Source: an uncultured Vibrio sp. (GTDB taxonomy: Bacteria; Pseudomonadota; Gammaproteobacteria; Enterobacterales; Vibrionaceae). Taken from it: DNA of 64,000 bases. Both the position numbers and the translations under genes were made by a program. The DNA is taken from assembly GCA_965140755.1 (NCBI GenBank), contig OZ223360.1:13280-77279 (forward strand). Reading direction: 5' to 3'. The notes below the pieces were generated by a model. The model did no database searches. It saw nothing but the letters and a program-made list of their open reading frames with translations, and had not been told where the DNA came from. Positions 1-9,846 of this stretch are shown here, piece by piece (the stretch's first letter is position 1; every line of letters begins with the position of its first letter).

Positions 1-366
1 GTTTTTGCAATTGTCACAGGCATTGGCTACGGTGATGTGTCGCTGTTTTTGTCCTCCATATTCGCTGTACTGGGTGTCGCGTTTATCGCCCAATGGTCGA
101 TCTTGAGTAATATCACCGCAAGCTTTTTGATCTTCTTCGTATTTCCATATCGCGTCGGGGATCGGATCAAAGTCGTCGATAAAGATGAAGACATCAGCGG
201 TGAGATTCAAGAGATCAGCATGTTTCATGTGTTGATCAAGCACGAAAACGGCAACCTTATCACTTATCCAAATAACCAGATATTACAGAAAGCAGTATTA
301 AAACTGGCAAAAAGCAAACCCGTCACGAATAAAAGTAAGTCTCGAATTTACACTCGCAGAAAGTAA
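1..366 (+). CDS. Small-conductance mechanosensitive channel (MscS family), 5'-truncated by the window edge
   Basis: Frame 1 is open from base 1 (VFAIVTGIGYGDVSLF...). TM segment followed by the MscS core motif FPYRVGDRIKV...GEIQEISMFHVLI...LITYPNN. Confidence 0.85.
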   Translation, partial: VFAIVTGIGYGDVSLFLSSIFAVLGVAFIAQWSILSNITASFLIFFVFPYRVGDRIKVVDKDEDISGEIQEISMFHVLIKHENGNLITYPNNQILQKAVLKLAKSKPVTNKSKSRIYTRRK

Positions 367-458
367 TCACTTTCTTATCGAACAATGATGTCTCAGAGAC
401 TTATTATAGAAATTGCTCAGCTGATACTGATCCTTCTACAAAACACATTGTTGTGGAA

Positions 459-489
459 AAAGCCCCGAGAGTTCGCTCTACGGGGCTTT
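459..489. terminator. Bidirectional intrinsic terminator between convergent mscS and mppA-like genes
   Basis: AAAGCCCCG (459-467) / CGGGGCTTT (481-489) inverted repeat. Confidence 0.7.
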
Positions 490-493
490 CTAT

Positions 494-2119
494 TTACTTT
501 TTAATATAGAGGTCTTTTGAGTAAATACGGCCTTCTACGTTATTTTTAGCAAAGCCGCCAACGTTGGGACGAACTAATCTCGCCTGCATGTAATAGTAGA
601 TTGGGGCGATAGGAACATCTGCCGCGATCAGTTTTTCCGCTTCATCGTAGTACGCCTGACGCTTTTTATCGTCTGTGGTCGCTAGCGCATTCTCCATTGC
701 CTGATCATATTCTTTGCTTTTGTAACGCGCAAAATTCCCTGAAGAATCCGATCGCAACAAACTCAAGAATGTCGACGCTTCATTGTAATCGCCACACCAA
801 GAGGCGCGCATTACATCAAAATTACCTTGTTTACGCGCCACTAAATACGATTTCCACTCTTGGTTTTCCAACTCTACCTGCACGTCTAAGTTTTCACTGA
901 GCATAGAGGCAATAGCCACAGCAATGGCTTTATTTGACTCACTCGTATTGTAAAGAAGTTTAAAATCGAGCGGCTTATCTTTTCCATACCCCGCCTCTTT
1001 TAGTAGTTGGCGAGCTTTTTCATCACGCTGCTGCTGAGTCCATTTGCTGTACTCTGGCTGAGTCGCATCAAAACCAGCCGTATATTGGTGAGCAAATGTG
1101 TACGCTGGTAAGTTACCAACTTGGGTGACGCCATTGGTAATAACATCTCGCAGGATTGAATAAGACACGGCCTGGCGAACTCTGACATCATCAAACGGAG
1201 GACGCGTGGTATTAAACGCATAATAATACGTACACAGTAGTGGCACTACCGTATACGCCCCCTGATACTCTTGTTCAAGCTTCTGTGCCATATGAGTGGG
1301 TACATCAGAGGTGATATCCACTTCTCCAGCCACATAGCGGTTAATCGATGCATTTTGATTCTCAAACGGGATGTAAGTCACTTTGGTGAGATGAGTATCG
1401 TCTGCATCCCAATAATTCGGGTTTTTCTTCAATTCAATACGTTCATTGATGACCCATTTATCGAGCACAAATGCGCCATTACCAACAAATTGTTGCGGAT
1501 CACTCCACGGCTTGGCCCCCTGCTCCACTGTCGCTTTGTGTACGGGCATCATTGATGTGTGACCTGTCATTGCCACAAAGTATGGGACTTTACTTTCTAG
1601 CTCGAAACGAAGTGTATATTTATCTAACGCCTCAACACCTAGCTTTTCGACTGGTAGCTTACCTTCTGCAACACTCGTAATGTTCTTGATGCTTGTCATC
1701 TCAAGATACCAAACATTCGGTGACGCCAATTTTGGGTCCACTGCTCGTCTTAACGCGTAAACGAAATCCTCCGCCGTCACCGGATCGCCGTTTGACCATT
1801 TTGCGTCTTTACGTAGATGGAAAACGAATGTTTGGTTATCGTCCGTTTCCCAAGACTGAGCAACACCAGGAACAATATTGCCATTACGATCTTGAATAAC
1901 CAGACCCTCAAATAAGTCTCGCAATATGTGCATTTCAGGCATGCCCTCAGCCTTTGCCGGATCGAGAGTCGCCGCTTCTGCGTCATTAGCTCGCACTAAA
2001 ACTTGCTCAGCAGCTAGTTGAATGTTTTTAGGTATCCCATCTGCAAACGCCGATGTCGTTACGACAGAGGTTAAAAGAGAGGAAACAAGCAAAGTCATCG
2101 AGTGTTTTTTAATATCCAT
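494..2119 (-). CDS. mppA: Periplasmic oligopeptide/murein-tripeptide binding protein (OppA/MppA family, SBP class 5)
   Basis: Signal peptide; motifs TLDP, LFEGLV, PGVAQSWE, WSNGDPVTAEDFVY, GNGAFVL, WCGDY. Divergent from mpaA, which favours MppA over generic OppA. Confidence 0.8.
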   Translation of the reverse strand: MDIKKHSMTLLVSSLLTSVVTTSAFADGIPKNIQLAAEQVLVRANDAEAATLDPAKAEGMPEMHILRDLFEGLVIQDRNGNIVPGVAQSWETDDNQTFVFHLRKDAKWSNGDPVTAEDFVYALRRAVDPKLASPNVWYLEMTSIKNITSVAEGKLPVEKLGVEALDKYTLRFELESKVPYFVAMTGHTSMMPVHKATVEQGAKPWSDPQQFVGNGAFVLDKWVINERIELKKNPNYWDADDTHLTKVTYIPFENQNASINRYVAGEVDITSDVPTHMAQKLEQEYQGAYTVVPLLCTYYYAFNTTRPPFDDVRVRQAVSYSILRDVITNGVTQVGNLPAYTFAHQYTAGFDATQPEYSKWTQQQRDEKARQLLKEAGYGKDKPLDFKLLYNTSESNKAIAVAIASMLSENLDVQVELENQEWKSYLVARKQGNFDVMRASWCGDYNEASTFLSLLRSDSSGNFARYKSKEYDQAMENALATTDDKKRQAYYDEAEKLIAADVPIAPIYYYMQARLVRPNVGGFAKNNVEGRIYSKDLYIKK

Positions 2120-2249
2120 ATCGTTTTTAGTTCTCCTAACTCGTCTTTTGAAGCCAGCGCCACAATTAACAATACAACCATTGACGAAATTTAACAGTTC
2201 GGTTTATCTAAGTAATTAAAATTAATACTACTTCATTTGCTAGGAGATT

Positions 2250-2963
2250 GTGGTGAGTCTAATTCCAAGAACGGAAAGAGCGGCATTTTTAATTAAGCCC
2301 AAAACCTACGGAAAATCCGTTTTGGGCGCTCCCTTGCTTTACTTCCCTGCACAGGTAGACAGTAAATCACGAGGCTTGATTTTAGCGGGAACGCACGGCG
2401 ATGAGACAGCATCTATTACAGGTTTATCATGTGCGTTGAGAAGTTTGCCAGAAAACGGCTTACATCACGACGTCGTATTATCTATGAACCCTGATGGCAA
2501 TCAACTAGGTACCAGAGCAAACGCTAATCAAGTCGATCTTAATCGTGCGTTTCCAACCAAAAACTGGACTGAGCATGGCACTGTGTATCGTTGGAGCTCT
2601 CACACGCCGGTGCGGGACGTAAAAGTGAAAACGGGTAGCAAGAGTCAACGAGAGCCTGAAGTCGCCGCGCTGATCAGTCTCATCGAAGAAAGACAACCAA
2701 AGTTTGTGGTCTCCTTCCATGAACCATTGGCTTTTGTAGATGACCCTCAATTTTCTGAATTAGCAAAATGGCTCGGTCAGCAATTCGACCTGCCACTAGT
2801 CGATGATGTGGATTACGAAACTCCGGGATCATTTGGCACTTGGTGTAGTGAACGCGACCTACCATGTATCACTCTGGAATTACCAGCCGTGTCCTCTGAT
2901 TTAACTATAGAGCAGTACCTTCCCGCGATTATCGCCTTACTTAAGTATGAGCCCGTAAGCTAA
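2250..2963 (+). CDS. mpaA: Murein tripeptide amidase MpaA (M14 zinc carboxypeptidase)
   Basis: GTHGDE zinc motif, NPDG, RANANQVDLNRAFP, SFHEP, TPGSFGTW, ITLELP. Confidence 0.9.
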   Translation: MVSLIPRTERAAFLIKPKTYGKSVLGAPLLYFPAQVDSKSRGLILAGTHGDETASITGLSCALRSLPENGLHHDVVLSMNPDGNQLGTRANANQVDLNRAFPTKNWTEHGTVYRWSSHTPVRDVKVKTGSKSQREPEVAALISLIEERQPKFVVSFHEPLAFVDDPQFSELAKWLGQQFDLPLVDDVDYETPGSFGTWCSERDLPCITLELPAVSSDLTIEQYLPAIIALLKYEPVS

Positions 2964-3025
2964 CGTTTTACCACCAAATCAGCTTTTCATTATCGACTTT
3001 GAAAAATAGAGAGAGATGGATGTAA

Positions 3026-3038
3026 TTTACAGTGTAAA
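3026..3038. other. parS2 centromere-like site
   Basis: Exact TTTACAGTGTAAA palindrome matching the Vibrio chrII parS2 consensus TTTACAnTGTAAA. Confidence 0.85.
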
Positions 3039-3190
3039 GCGCACTGATATCAGCGGAGTTATACAACACTATTCTTTCCAGCTAAGTAGTGCCAGCATTG
3101 GTTGAACGAAAGCCCAGCTCGGTTTGATACTCGATAAAGCCAGAGTGCGATACGTAAACGTAAGAATTTAGGTGATACAAAAACGGCTGC

Positions 3191-4861
3191 CTAAGAGATT
3201 ATGGATTCTTGTTCAAGACTTGCGGACACATTGATTTCGTATTGATTAAATTGAAATGCGCATCCACCGTGGGTGCGTTTTGTTGTCACTTGCTCATTAT
3301 TAAACTGTACGGTTACCCGAGAAAAAACGTGTTCTTTCGCGACCACCGTGTTTTCTGTTAATGCAAGTTCAAGCTCTGCCTCTGTCTGATCAAGTTTCAA
3401 CTTTAACTCTTCTAGTAGGCGATTATTTTGGATTTTCAAATTTTCTAACTCTGCACGTTCTTCTTCAGTGCGTTCGAGTTTTGGCCGCTTTTTGTATTCT
3501 AGCTCTCTGCGGATGACATCCATAATTCCGGCCTGGGCATTTTTGTATTGTTCTTTTAGGCTGCCAACACGCTCCTTATACAAGGAATAGTTAGTGAACG
3601 CTTCAACCTTGGTTGCTGTATCACCCTCTACGCCCAACTGCAAACACAAAACACCTTTCGCTACCTTGGCATAACCTCCACTCAATGTGCCATGTTCGCC
3701 ACTGGCATCCAGAACCGTCAGGTTCTTGCCACAAATGATGTCGTTATTCATGCTATGTAGTGCGATCTCAATATCTTGATCTGCAGATAATTCGCTATAT
3801 TGCGCATAATTAGCCCGTATTGCGCCTTTAGTTTTTACACGACAACTTCTTGGTTGACCATCACTTACCGTATGGCCAATAATCCCTTTGCCAACCAGAA
3901 CGTCATCAAGAGCTTGAACATTCGCTGACTCAATAAATCCACCTACCGTGATTGAACCTGTGGCTTGAACTATCATGCCTGGCTCAATGTTACCGCCAAT
4001 GATCAAATTTCCTTTAAATTTGATATGGCCGGTGTTGATGCCAACATTATTGAGGCACAGCGCGTTGTCGACTTCAATTGTCTTGTTCTTTATCAGTGGA
4101 GTACCAGAGGTTGATGCAATGAGAAGATTTGGATCGCTTTGACTAACTTCACTCCCTCTACCTGGTTTGAGATCGGTATCTTTCCCGTCTTGCGCTGGTA
4201 GAACTCGGCCTTGGACCGTAAAACCAGATGTACCTTTTGTCGCTGGCGTACGGCGCATGAGTTCATCACCAACATTGACAGAAATTGTTTCACCGAGATT
4301 TCTTAAATCTATTTTGTCACTGCTCGATTGGCCATGTTTTGGCTTGAGTATACGTTTGGTGATGTCTTTAACCAGAGGAGTAAAAATGGCGTCAGTACCT
4401 TTAACTGGTGGTTTACCAACGGCTACAGGTTGTGTGAATGTTGCACCAGGCTTAAGTTGATTGCTCACCATCATAACTTTCTTTAGCGCAAGTTTGTTGA
4501 TCCCTTTCGTCACCTTTGCTTGTGCAAGAGCGAGAACAATCTCTTCACCTCGTAATCCTCGTCCACCATAAGCGCCGGTAACGGTGATACTTGCAAGCAA
4601 ATCGTTATTGGACAACTCAACGTTAATGTGAGCATTTTTCTTCTGAGCGATCACGATGCCTTTGTAAGCCTGAGAGTCTCGTATCCCCACACAATCAATA
4701 AATCGGCAGACCTCAGCTTCCTCAACAAATAATGAGCCTGCACTCATCAATGTAAGCTGCGCAGGTAATTCTTTTCTGTCGAACTCACCTACCAAATCTT
4801 GCGAAAGGCGGGCTATTATCCGTGTTTTGTCTTCAGACCACTCAAGACACCGTTTCCACAT
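3191..4861 (-). CDS. DUF342 / FapA-family protein (flagellar assembly protein A-like)
   Basis: VAVGKPPVKGTDA, IDLRNLGETISV, GHIKFKGNLIIGGNIEPGMIVQATGSITVGGFIESA beta-helix repeats, C-terminal coiled coil. Confidence 0.8.
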   Translation of the reverse strand: MWKRCLEWSEDKTRIIARLSQDLVGEFDRKELPAQLTLMSAGSLFVEEAEVCRFIDCVGIRDSQAYKGIVIAQKKNAHINVELSNNDLLASITVTGAYGGRGLRGEEIVLALAQAKVTKGINKLALKKVMMVSNQLKPGATFTQPVAVGKPPVKGTDAIFTPLVKDITKRILKPKHGQSSSDKIDLRNLGETISVNVGDELMRRTPATKGTSGFTVQGRVLPAQDGKDTDLKPGRGSEVSQSDPNLLIASTSGTPLIKNKTIEVDNALCLNNVGINTGHIKFKGNLIIGGNIEPGMIVQATGSITVGGFIESANVQALDDVLVGKGIIGHTVSDGQPRSCRVKTKGAIRANYAQYSELSADQDIEIALHSMNNDIICGKNLTVLDASGEHGTLSGGYAKVAKGVLCLQLGVEGDTATKVEAFTNYSLYKERVGSLKEQYKNAQAGIMDVIRRELEYKKRPKLERTEEERAELENLKIQNNRLLEELKLKLDQTEAELELALTENTVVAKEHVFSRVTVQFNNEQVTTKRTHGGCAFQFNQYEINVSASLEQESIIS

Positions 4862-5048
4862 AGAGATACCATTTTGCTGAACATCAACGTCTTTAGTCTA
4901 ACTAAAAATGTTTTTTCAACAAACTGAACCGTTTTAAGAATCGGGCTTACGTCACTAACAGTGGGAGAAATATCCATTTCAACAAGTTGGTGAATCTACA
5001 CATCAAATAAATCTGTGCCAGTCCCAGTCTGGCAAATACAAAAGGAGA

Positions 5049-5124
5049 TTTACAGTGTAAACCTCCTCTCAACACATTTTAATTTACAGTGTAAATCTAA
5101 TTAAAATCTGTTTTACAGTGTAAA
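5049..5124. repeat. Cluster of three parS2 sites (5049-5061, 5083-5095, 5112-5124)
   Basis: Three exact TTTACAGTGTAAA palindromes within 76 bp. Confidence 0.9.
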
Positions 5125-7134
5125 TTGTTTCAAAAGCAGCTGAACTTCGTTTCGAATCTCTTGCTCTACTTTCTTGCGTCCTGTCATTTTAAATTGCTTT
5201 GCACAGCTTTCCCAATCATAGTTTAGGAACAGCTTACAGATCATTAAGTCGGAAACCGCTACTAAGCCATTTTTCAATAGCCACTGTTTTAACCACACAA
5301 ACACAGATTCGTAACTACCACCACCTAGAGCGTAATTACGAATAAGCGTAAGTTGGCAAGGATGAAGAGCGACACCCATTCTTGGCGCATTAAGTAAACT
5401 TCGATATAAACGAGGCTCTAACTTCGAGTAAAGCTGATCAGCGCTAAGAGAAAGAAACTCGCGCAAAATGAGTTCCGCGTTATTAATCCAAGTTTGTGGT
5501 TTATTGGCTACCTGTCTGGCCATCAATAAAGAGTAACACCCACTTGCAGCGTCGCGCATCGTACCAAGACGAATCGGTTGGTAACCGACACTGTTCCAAA
5601 AGCGCAACAGTTCATCGGTCAAACCAAAGCTGGTGGAAAGGTAATTGACATGAGAAGGAAGAGATTGCTCAAGTTGAGAAAGCATTCTCTTGCCGAGTCC
5701 TTTATTTTGTAACTCAGGATGAACGGCAATACGCATAATACGGGCCGTTGAAAGCTTCCCCACATCCGGCATACCGAGTTGGTTTATGATCGTTATTGGC
5801 GTTAAATGGCCTGGCGGGCGACGTCTCCCAAGTTGAATATCAGAAATAATCGTATCATCTAAACGCCCTTCTTCGACCGTCATGATGACACCAACTATTT
5901 TATTTTCGCTCCTGGCCACATAAATAGAACTACAGTCATCTTGAAGCAAGTGAATCAGATCATTTGGTGACGTTTGATAATGCGCGTTCACCAAAAGAGC
6001 AAAACATTCTCGCAGTAAACTCGGATTAGAAACCAGTTCGTGCTTTGCAATTTTTTCAAGCTGGGTCTTTGCCGAAGCCACCAATGAAGAGTCGGTCAGT
6101 TCAGCATCCAGTACAAACGCCTGATACAGCCATGACTCCAGAAAATCGCTTTCACTCCAGCGGATCGGTTGTTGAAGGTGACATGATTTCATTCCAGATC
6201 TTTGCTTTTTCAACCAATCAACAAACTTGAGTGTGAACCCACGACCGCAACCTTCATAGCCGTGAATGGTGCTAGAAAATACGAGACGATGATAATGCGC
6301 AGTTATCTGCTGCAACATGGGAACAGGAATTGCCGCAGCTTCATCAACAAGTAATAAGTCACATTCTGGTAGCGAAGCAAGTAACTCGTCAGGTGCGATA
6401 AATTGTATGCTCCCCTCGCCCGCTATAAACCTGTCTTTTCTGACACGTTGACCCTTTAGTAATACTCGTTGTGCATGTAAGAAAACCGGTTCTACCGCTT
6501 TAATAGAGGGTGCGGTTACTAACACATGTAACGGCTGATTCTGTAGTAAGTTAGCGCACGCGATACCAAGGGCGCTACTTTTTCCTCGGCCACGGTCTGC
6601 GGTTAAAACTAAAGGTCTTTTTCGGTGCCCTGTTACCACTTTTTCAATTGCGGCAACGGCCTGTGCTTGCTGTGCGTATTGAGATATTTTACTGGTAGAT
6701 TCAAAACTTGCTAACTCGGGCAATGCTTGATGTTGTTCTAAGACGTATAGCTTTTGCCACTGAGTCGTCATCCATTGATGAGCATAATTTGATGGTTCAA
6801 TATCACTGATAGCAACAATCAGAATGCCGCCACCGACTAATGACCCCAGTGCCGCTGAGAAGCTGTTCGCATCAAAATGATTACGCGCATCGTAGACAAG
6901 CACATCACATTCTCTTCCTAATAACATATGGCCTTGTTTGGAAGATACTGAAAAAGCGTCTCCTAACGCCCACTCACCAACACAAAACCAACGCAGTTGC
7001 TGGTGAGTTTGATAGAACGAAGCGATAAGTTCGTCTTGCCAATGGCCATCGCCCTGGATAGCCACGCCTATACGTTGGAAAGACTGAAATGCCTTTTGTT
7101 GAAGTAAAGCAAGAAACTCAGTTTGTGTGTGCAT
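5113..7134 (-). CDS. tmcA: tRNA(Met) cytidine acetyltransferase TmcA
   Basis: Helicase-like LTADRGRGKSSALG, LLLVDEAAAIP, FSSTIHGYEGCGRGF motifs plus GNAT RIMRIAVHPELQNKGLGK. Start reassigned to the ATG at 7134 (MHTQTEF); the ORF-track extension to 7215 looks non-coding. Confidence 0.92.
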   Translation of the reverse strand: MHTQTEFLALLQQKAFQSFQRIGVAIQGDGHWQDELIASFYQTHQQLRWFCVGEWALGDAFSVSSKQGHMLLGRECDVLVYDARNHFDANSFSAALGSLVGGGILIVAISDIEPSNYAHQWMTTQWQKLYVLEQHQALPELASFESTSKISQYAQQAQAVAAIEKVVTGHRKRPLVLTADRGRGKSSALGIACANLLQNQPLHVLVTAPSIKAVEPVFLHAQRVLLKGQRVRKDRFIAGEGSIQFIAPDELLASLPECDLLLVDEAAAIPVPMLQQITAHYHRLVFSSTIHGYEGCGRGFTLKFVDWLKKQRSGMKSCHLQQPIRWSESDFLESWLYQAFVLDAELTDSSLVASAKTQLEKIAKHELVSNPSLLRECFALLVNAHYQTSPNDLIHLLQDDCSSIYVARSENKIVGVIMTVEEGRLDDTIISDIQLGRRRPPGHLTPITIINQLGMPDVGKLSTARIMRIAVHPELQNKGLGKRMLSQLEQSLPSHVNYLSTSFGLTDELLRFWNSVGYQPIRLGTMRDAASGCYSLLMARQVANKPQTWINNAELILREFLSLSADQLYSKLEPRLYRSLLNAPRMGVALHPCQLTLIRNYALGGGSYESVFVWLKQWLLKNGLVAVSDLMICKLFLNYDWESCAKQFKMTGRKKVEQEIRNEVQLLLKQFTL

Positions 7135-7215
7135 TTTATATACCCAAGGTTTAACCAACGTCATATTACCACAACTTAAACAGGCTACTGAGCAGCAACC
7201 AAAACCAGCGGGCAT

Positions 7216-7238
7216 AAAAAAACCGCCCGAAGGCGGTT
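7216..7238 (-). terminator. Intrinsic terminator after parB2
   Basis: AACCGCC-cgaa-GGCGGTT hairpin with an A-run on the + strand (U-tract on the - strand). Confidence 0.75.
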
Positions 7239-7254
7239 GAAGTTTTGATTAACG

Positions 7255-8229
7255 TTATTGCAATTTGCTGTGAACAAAAGCAAGAATTTCTTCCATCAAA
7301 CTGTCATCTACTTTTTTAAGGTTCAGTGCTAAATTACTACCTTTGCGGCTGTAACTCGCGCGACCTTTTATCAAATCAACTTTGTCAGCCTTCGGCGATG
7401 GTTTGACTGGCGATAATTCAGTAATCCAACTTTCTAGGCTTTCCGTGACTTCTTTAGTCAATCTCGCAACACCTTGTGCTGTACTACGCTGCCACAAGAA
7501 TCCTTCCGCCGTACGACACTTATCTAATAACCCTTGCTGGTGTTCAGGGCTTAAGTTAGTGAACTGCTTGTGCAATTTAACAATTGTTGGACGGCCGAGA
7601 TCGCCTACATTGGGATACGCTTGAAGCAATTCTAGTGGTAGCGAGGCCGCTTTTAATGCACCACTCACCAATGCTTCACTGCACTGGAACATTTTAGCTA
7701 GTGCTTTTTGGTCTTCTGCTTCACCACTATCTAGCTTAGCCTGCATCTCCTTACCTTTTTCATAAAGTGAAAGCGGCTTATGAGCATTTGCGACATCAGA
7801 TAAGAATTTAGCATGATTAGAATTAATGTTGTTGCCAACATAAACCAGAAAATCCTGCTCAGCCAAGATACAAGATTTACGACGACGACTACCGTCTAAA
7901 ACTTCAATCTTGCCATCCTGAGTACGACGACCAACCGCTGGATATTGCTGGCCACGCTCTTTTAACGTAACTAATACATCCGATAAAGCGTGCTCATTCA
8001 AAAAAGACTGTTCACGTGCGTTATCAACAAAAACGGTTGTTTCTGACTCAACCTTATCGGCAGGTATACGAACCAATTCGAATTGAACGGTATTCTCGCC
8101 CGCTACCGCTAACTCAATTGTTTGTGTTTTTTCTTTTGCAGCGGTTTGCGCTTCTTGAGGTGTTGCCACACGACGTTTATTGGTTTTACCAAATAATTTT
8201 GCGTTTAATTCAGACGTTTTCAAAGCCAT
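7255..8229 (-). CDS. parB: Chromosome II partitioning protein ParB2
   Basis: ParB arginine patch VLDGSRRR, QQYPAVGR, HTH region; follows parA and lies next to oriCII. Confidence 0.95.
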   Translation of the reverse strand: MALKTSELNAKLFGKTNKRRVATPQEAQTAAKEKTQTIELAVAGENTVQFELVRIPADKVESETTVFVDNAREQSFLNEHALSDVLVTLKERGQQYPAVGRRTQDGKIEVLDGSRRRKSCILAEQDFLVYVGNNINSNHAKFLSDVANAHKPLSLYEKGKEMQAKLDSGEAEDQKALAKMFQCSEALVSGALKAASLPLELLQAYPNVGDLGRPTIVKLHKQFTNLSPEHQQGLLDKCRTAEGFLWQRSTAQGVARLTKEVTESLESWITELSPVKPSPKADKVDLIKGRASYSRKGSNLALNLKKVDDSLMEEILAFVHSKLQ

Positions 8230-8236
8230 TTACTTA

Positions 8237-9454
8237 TTACCCCTGATTCAATGACGGCCAATTAGAGTGCAATACGCGCTCAAGTTCAAGTGAGCTCTTA
8301 TGAACAGCGTCTTGAGCGGTTGCGAGCGTTTTCTTACCACCTTCAAAATCACTCACGGTAAGGTCAAATACCGTACTGTAAGTGTCAGCACAGGTTTCAA
8401 ACGCTCGGCTACGCGGAATAGTAGCCATCATAACTTGGTCACCTAGAAGATAGTTCATTTCAGTTAAAACAGAAACTTGCTTCTTATTGTCGTCCTCAAA
8501 CATGGTTGGCATCAAGCGTACAAACTCAAGACCATTCCAATCTTCTGGGAACATTTCGTATACCGTTGGTAAATGCTGGAAGAAGTTTACTGTCGAAGCC
8601 CAGTCAAGACGTTTAGCGGCACAAGGAATCAATAATGCGTTAGAAGCGTACATTGCATTCCAAACCAACGGGTCCACGTGTGGGCCGGTATCAATCATGA
8701 TGATATCAAAGTCGTCTGCAATTTTGTCGATAAGCTGCTCTTTCAACAAACGAACAATATCAAGAGATGGGTCTTCAGATAGTGTCTGCCATGCTTCTGC
8801 GTTGAACATCGCATCTTCAGGAAACGCAGAAATTGACTTTAAGTTCGGATATTGCGTTGGAAGTAGCACATTTTTACGCAAGAACTCGCTATCAATTTCT
8901 ACGCCGTCTGGCACGTTACCTAACATAATATCAACAGCAGAATAGATATTATCATGCTCAGCGACACTGATTTGTGGATTTAGGAATAGACGCAGTGAAC
9001 CCTGTGGGTCCAAGTCAATCAAGCAAATGCGGTAGCGTTTATCTAAGTTAAGCGCTAAACAAGCGGCTAAATGCACAGCCGACATCGATTTACCTGTACC
9101 ACCCTTTTGGTTTTGTACGTTGATAACCCATGGCTTATTGCCATTATTTTTTTTACGCTCATGGAATTTAGGCACCTCAGCCGCATCCATAAGCATATGT
9201 GCCTCATCTAAGGTAATGGAATAATGATTGGCATTATTCTTAGTAAATTGATGACCTGCAGCTTCCATTTTGCCAATTGCGTCATCGAGTTTTCGGCGAG
9301 TCAAACCTGACCGGGTTTCCATCATTGCCTTAGACATTGGAGGGAAATAATTGTCACTTCGCTCTTCCAAAACAATCTCAATACGGTCAGCTTGAACCTG
9401 TTGTGTGAGTTCTGCTAACTCATGAAGATTGTCAATCGTTTTTTCTCTTTTCAT
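8237..9454 (-). CDS. parA: Chromosome II partitioning ATPase ParA2 (type Ia, N-terminal HTH)
   Basis: Deviant Walker A QKGGTGKS, IDLDPQGS, IMIDTGPH. Start at ATG 9454 (MKREKT) gives 405 aa. Confidence 0.95.
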   Translation of the reverse strand: MKREKTIDNLHELAELTQQVQADRIEIVLEERSDNYFPPMSKAMMETRSGLTRRKLDDAIGKMEAAGHQFTKNNANHYSITLDEAHMLMDAAEVPKFHERKKNNGNKPWVINVQNQKGGTGKSMSAVHLAACLALNLDKRYRICLIDLDPQGSLRLFLNPQISVAEHDNIYSAVDIMLGNVPDGVEIDSEFLRKNVLLPTQYPNLKSISAFPEDAMFNAEAWQTLSEDPSLDIVRLLKEQLIDKIADDFDIIMIDTGPHVDPLVWNAMYASNALLIPCAAKRLDWASTVNFFQHLPTVYEMFPEDWNGLEFVRLMPTMFEDDNKKQVSVLTEMNYLLGDQVMMATIPRSRAFETCADTYSTVFDLTVSDFEGGKKTLATAQDAVHKSSLELERVLHSNWPSLNQG

Positions 9455-9673
9455 GCCAAATTCCGTTGAAAGGATATCTGATTGCAATTGTACAGCACCG
9501 AACACCAAAAACAACAAAAAGGTGAACAAACATTTTGAATAACAATCACATATAAAAACTTTAAAATCTACAATTTTATGAATTATGGCGAAAAGCATAC
9601 CAAAATGTAATCAAACAACTTCGAATAAATACATTGCTAACACCATACATTTAAAGTGTTACAGCGTCACACA

Positions 9674-9686
9674 TTTACAATGTAAA
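9674..9686. other. parS2 site upstream of parAB2 (equivalent to parS2-B in rctA)
   Basis: Exact TTTACAATGTAAA about 220 bp upstream of the parA2 start and 12 bp from a 39-mer-like element. Confidence 0.85.
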
Positions 9687-9698
9687 TTAAAATTTATA

Positions 9699-9737
9699 CG
9701 GAACGATTATAGTCGCCAGCTAAATTACGGATTATGT
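9699..9737 (+). promoter_or_regulatory. rctA-type 39-mer inhibitory RctB-binding site (candidate)
   Basis: CGGAACGATT + 19-bp spacer + CGGATTATGT, the A-box/19-bp/B-box layout of V. cholerae 39-mers. Confidence 0.6.
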
Positions 9738-9846
9738 AAAATCAATACTTGGATACTTCAAGATAGATAAACTCGAAAAAGCTTCCTACACAGAGGGGAC
9801 TTGATCTGCGTCCGAAGCAATAAACATCGATATTAAATAAACACTC

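Noticed and set aside
4862-5040. Sigma-28 or sigma-54 promoter for the FapA-like gene (also searched upstream of the CZB chemoreceptor)
   Set aside because: Only partial matches with wrong spacing (e.g. TGGCAC without a TTGC -12 element); not supportable.
9455-9598. 48-aa N-terminal extension of ParA2 in the ORF track (likewise 27 aa on TmcA and extensions on KdgR, KduD, OmpW, the GntR and the acyltransferase)
   Set aside because: The extensions are low-complexity read-through of promoter DNA from alternative start codons; internal ATGs give family-typical N-termini and lengths.
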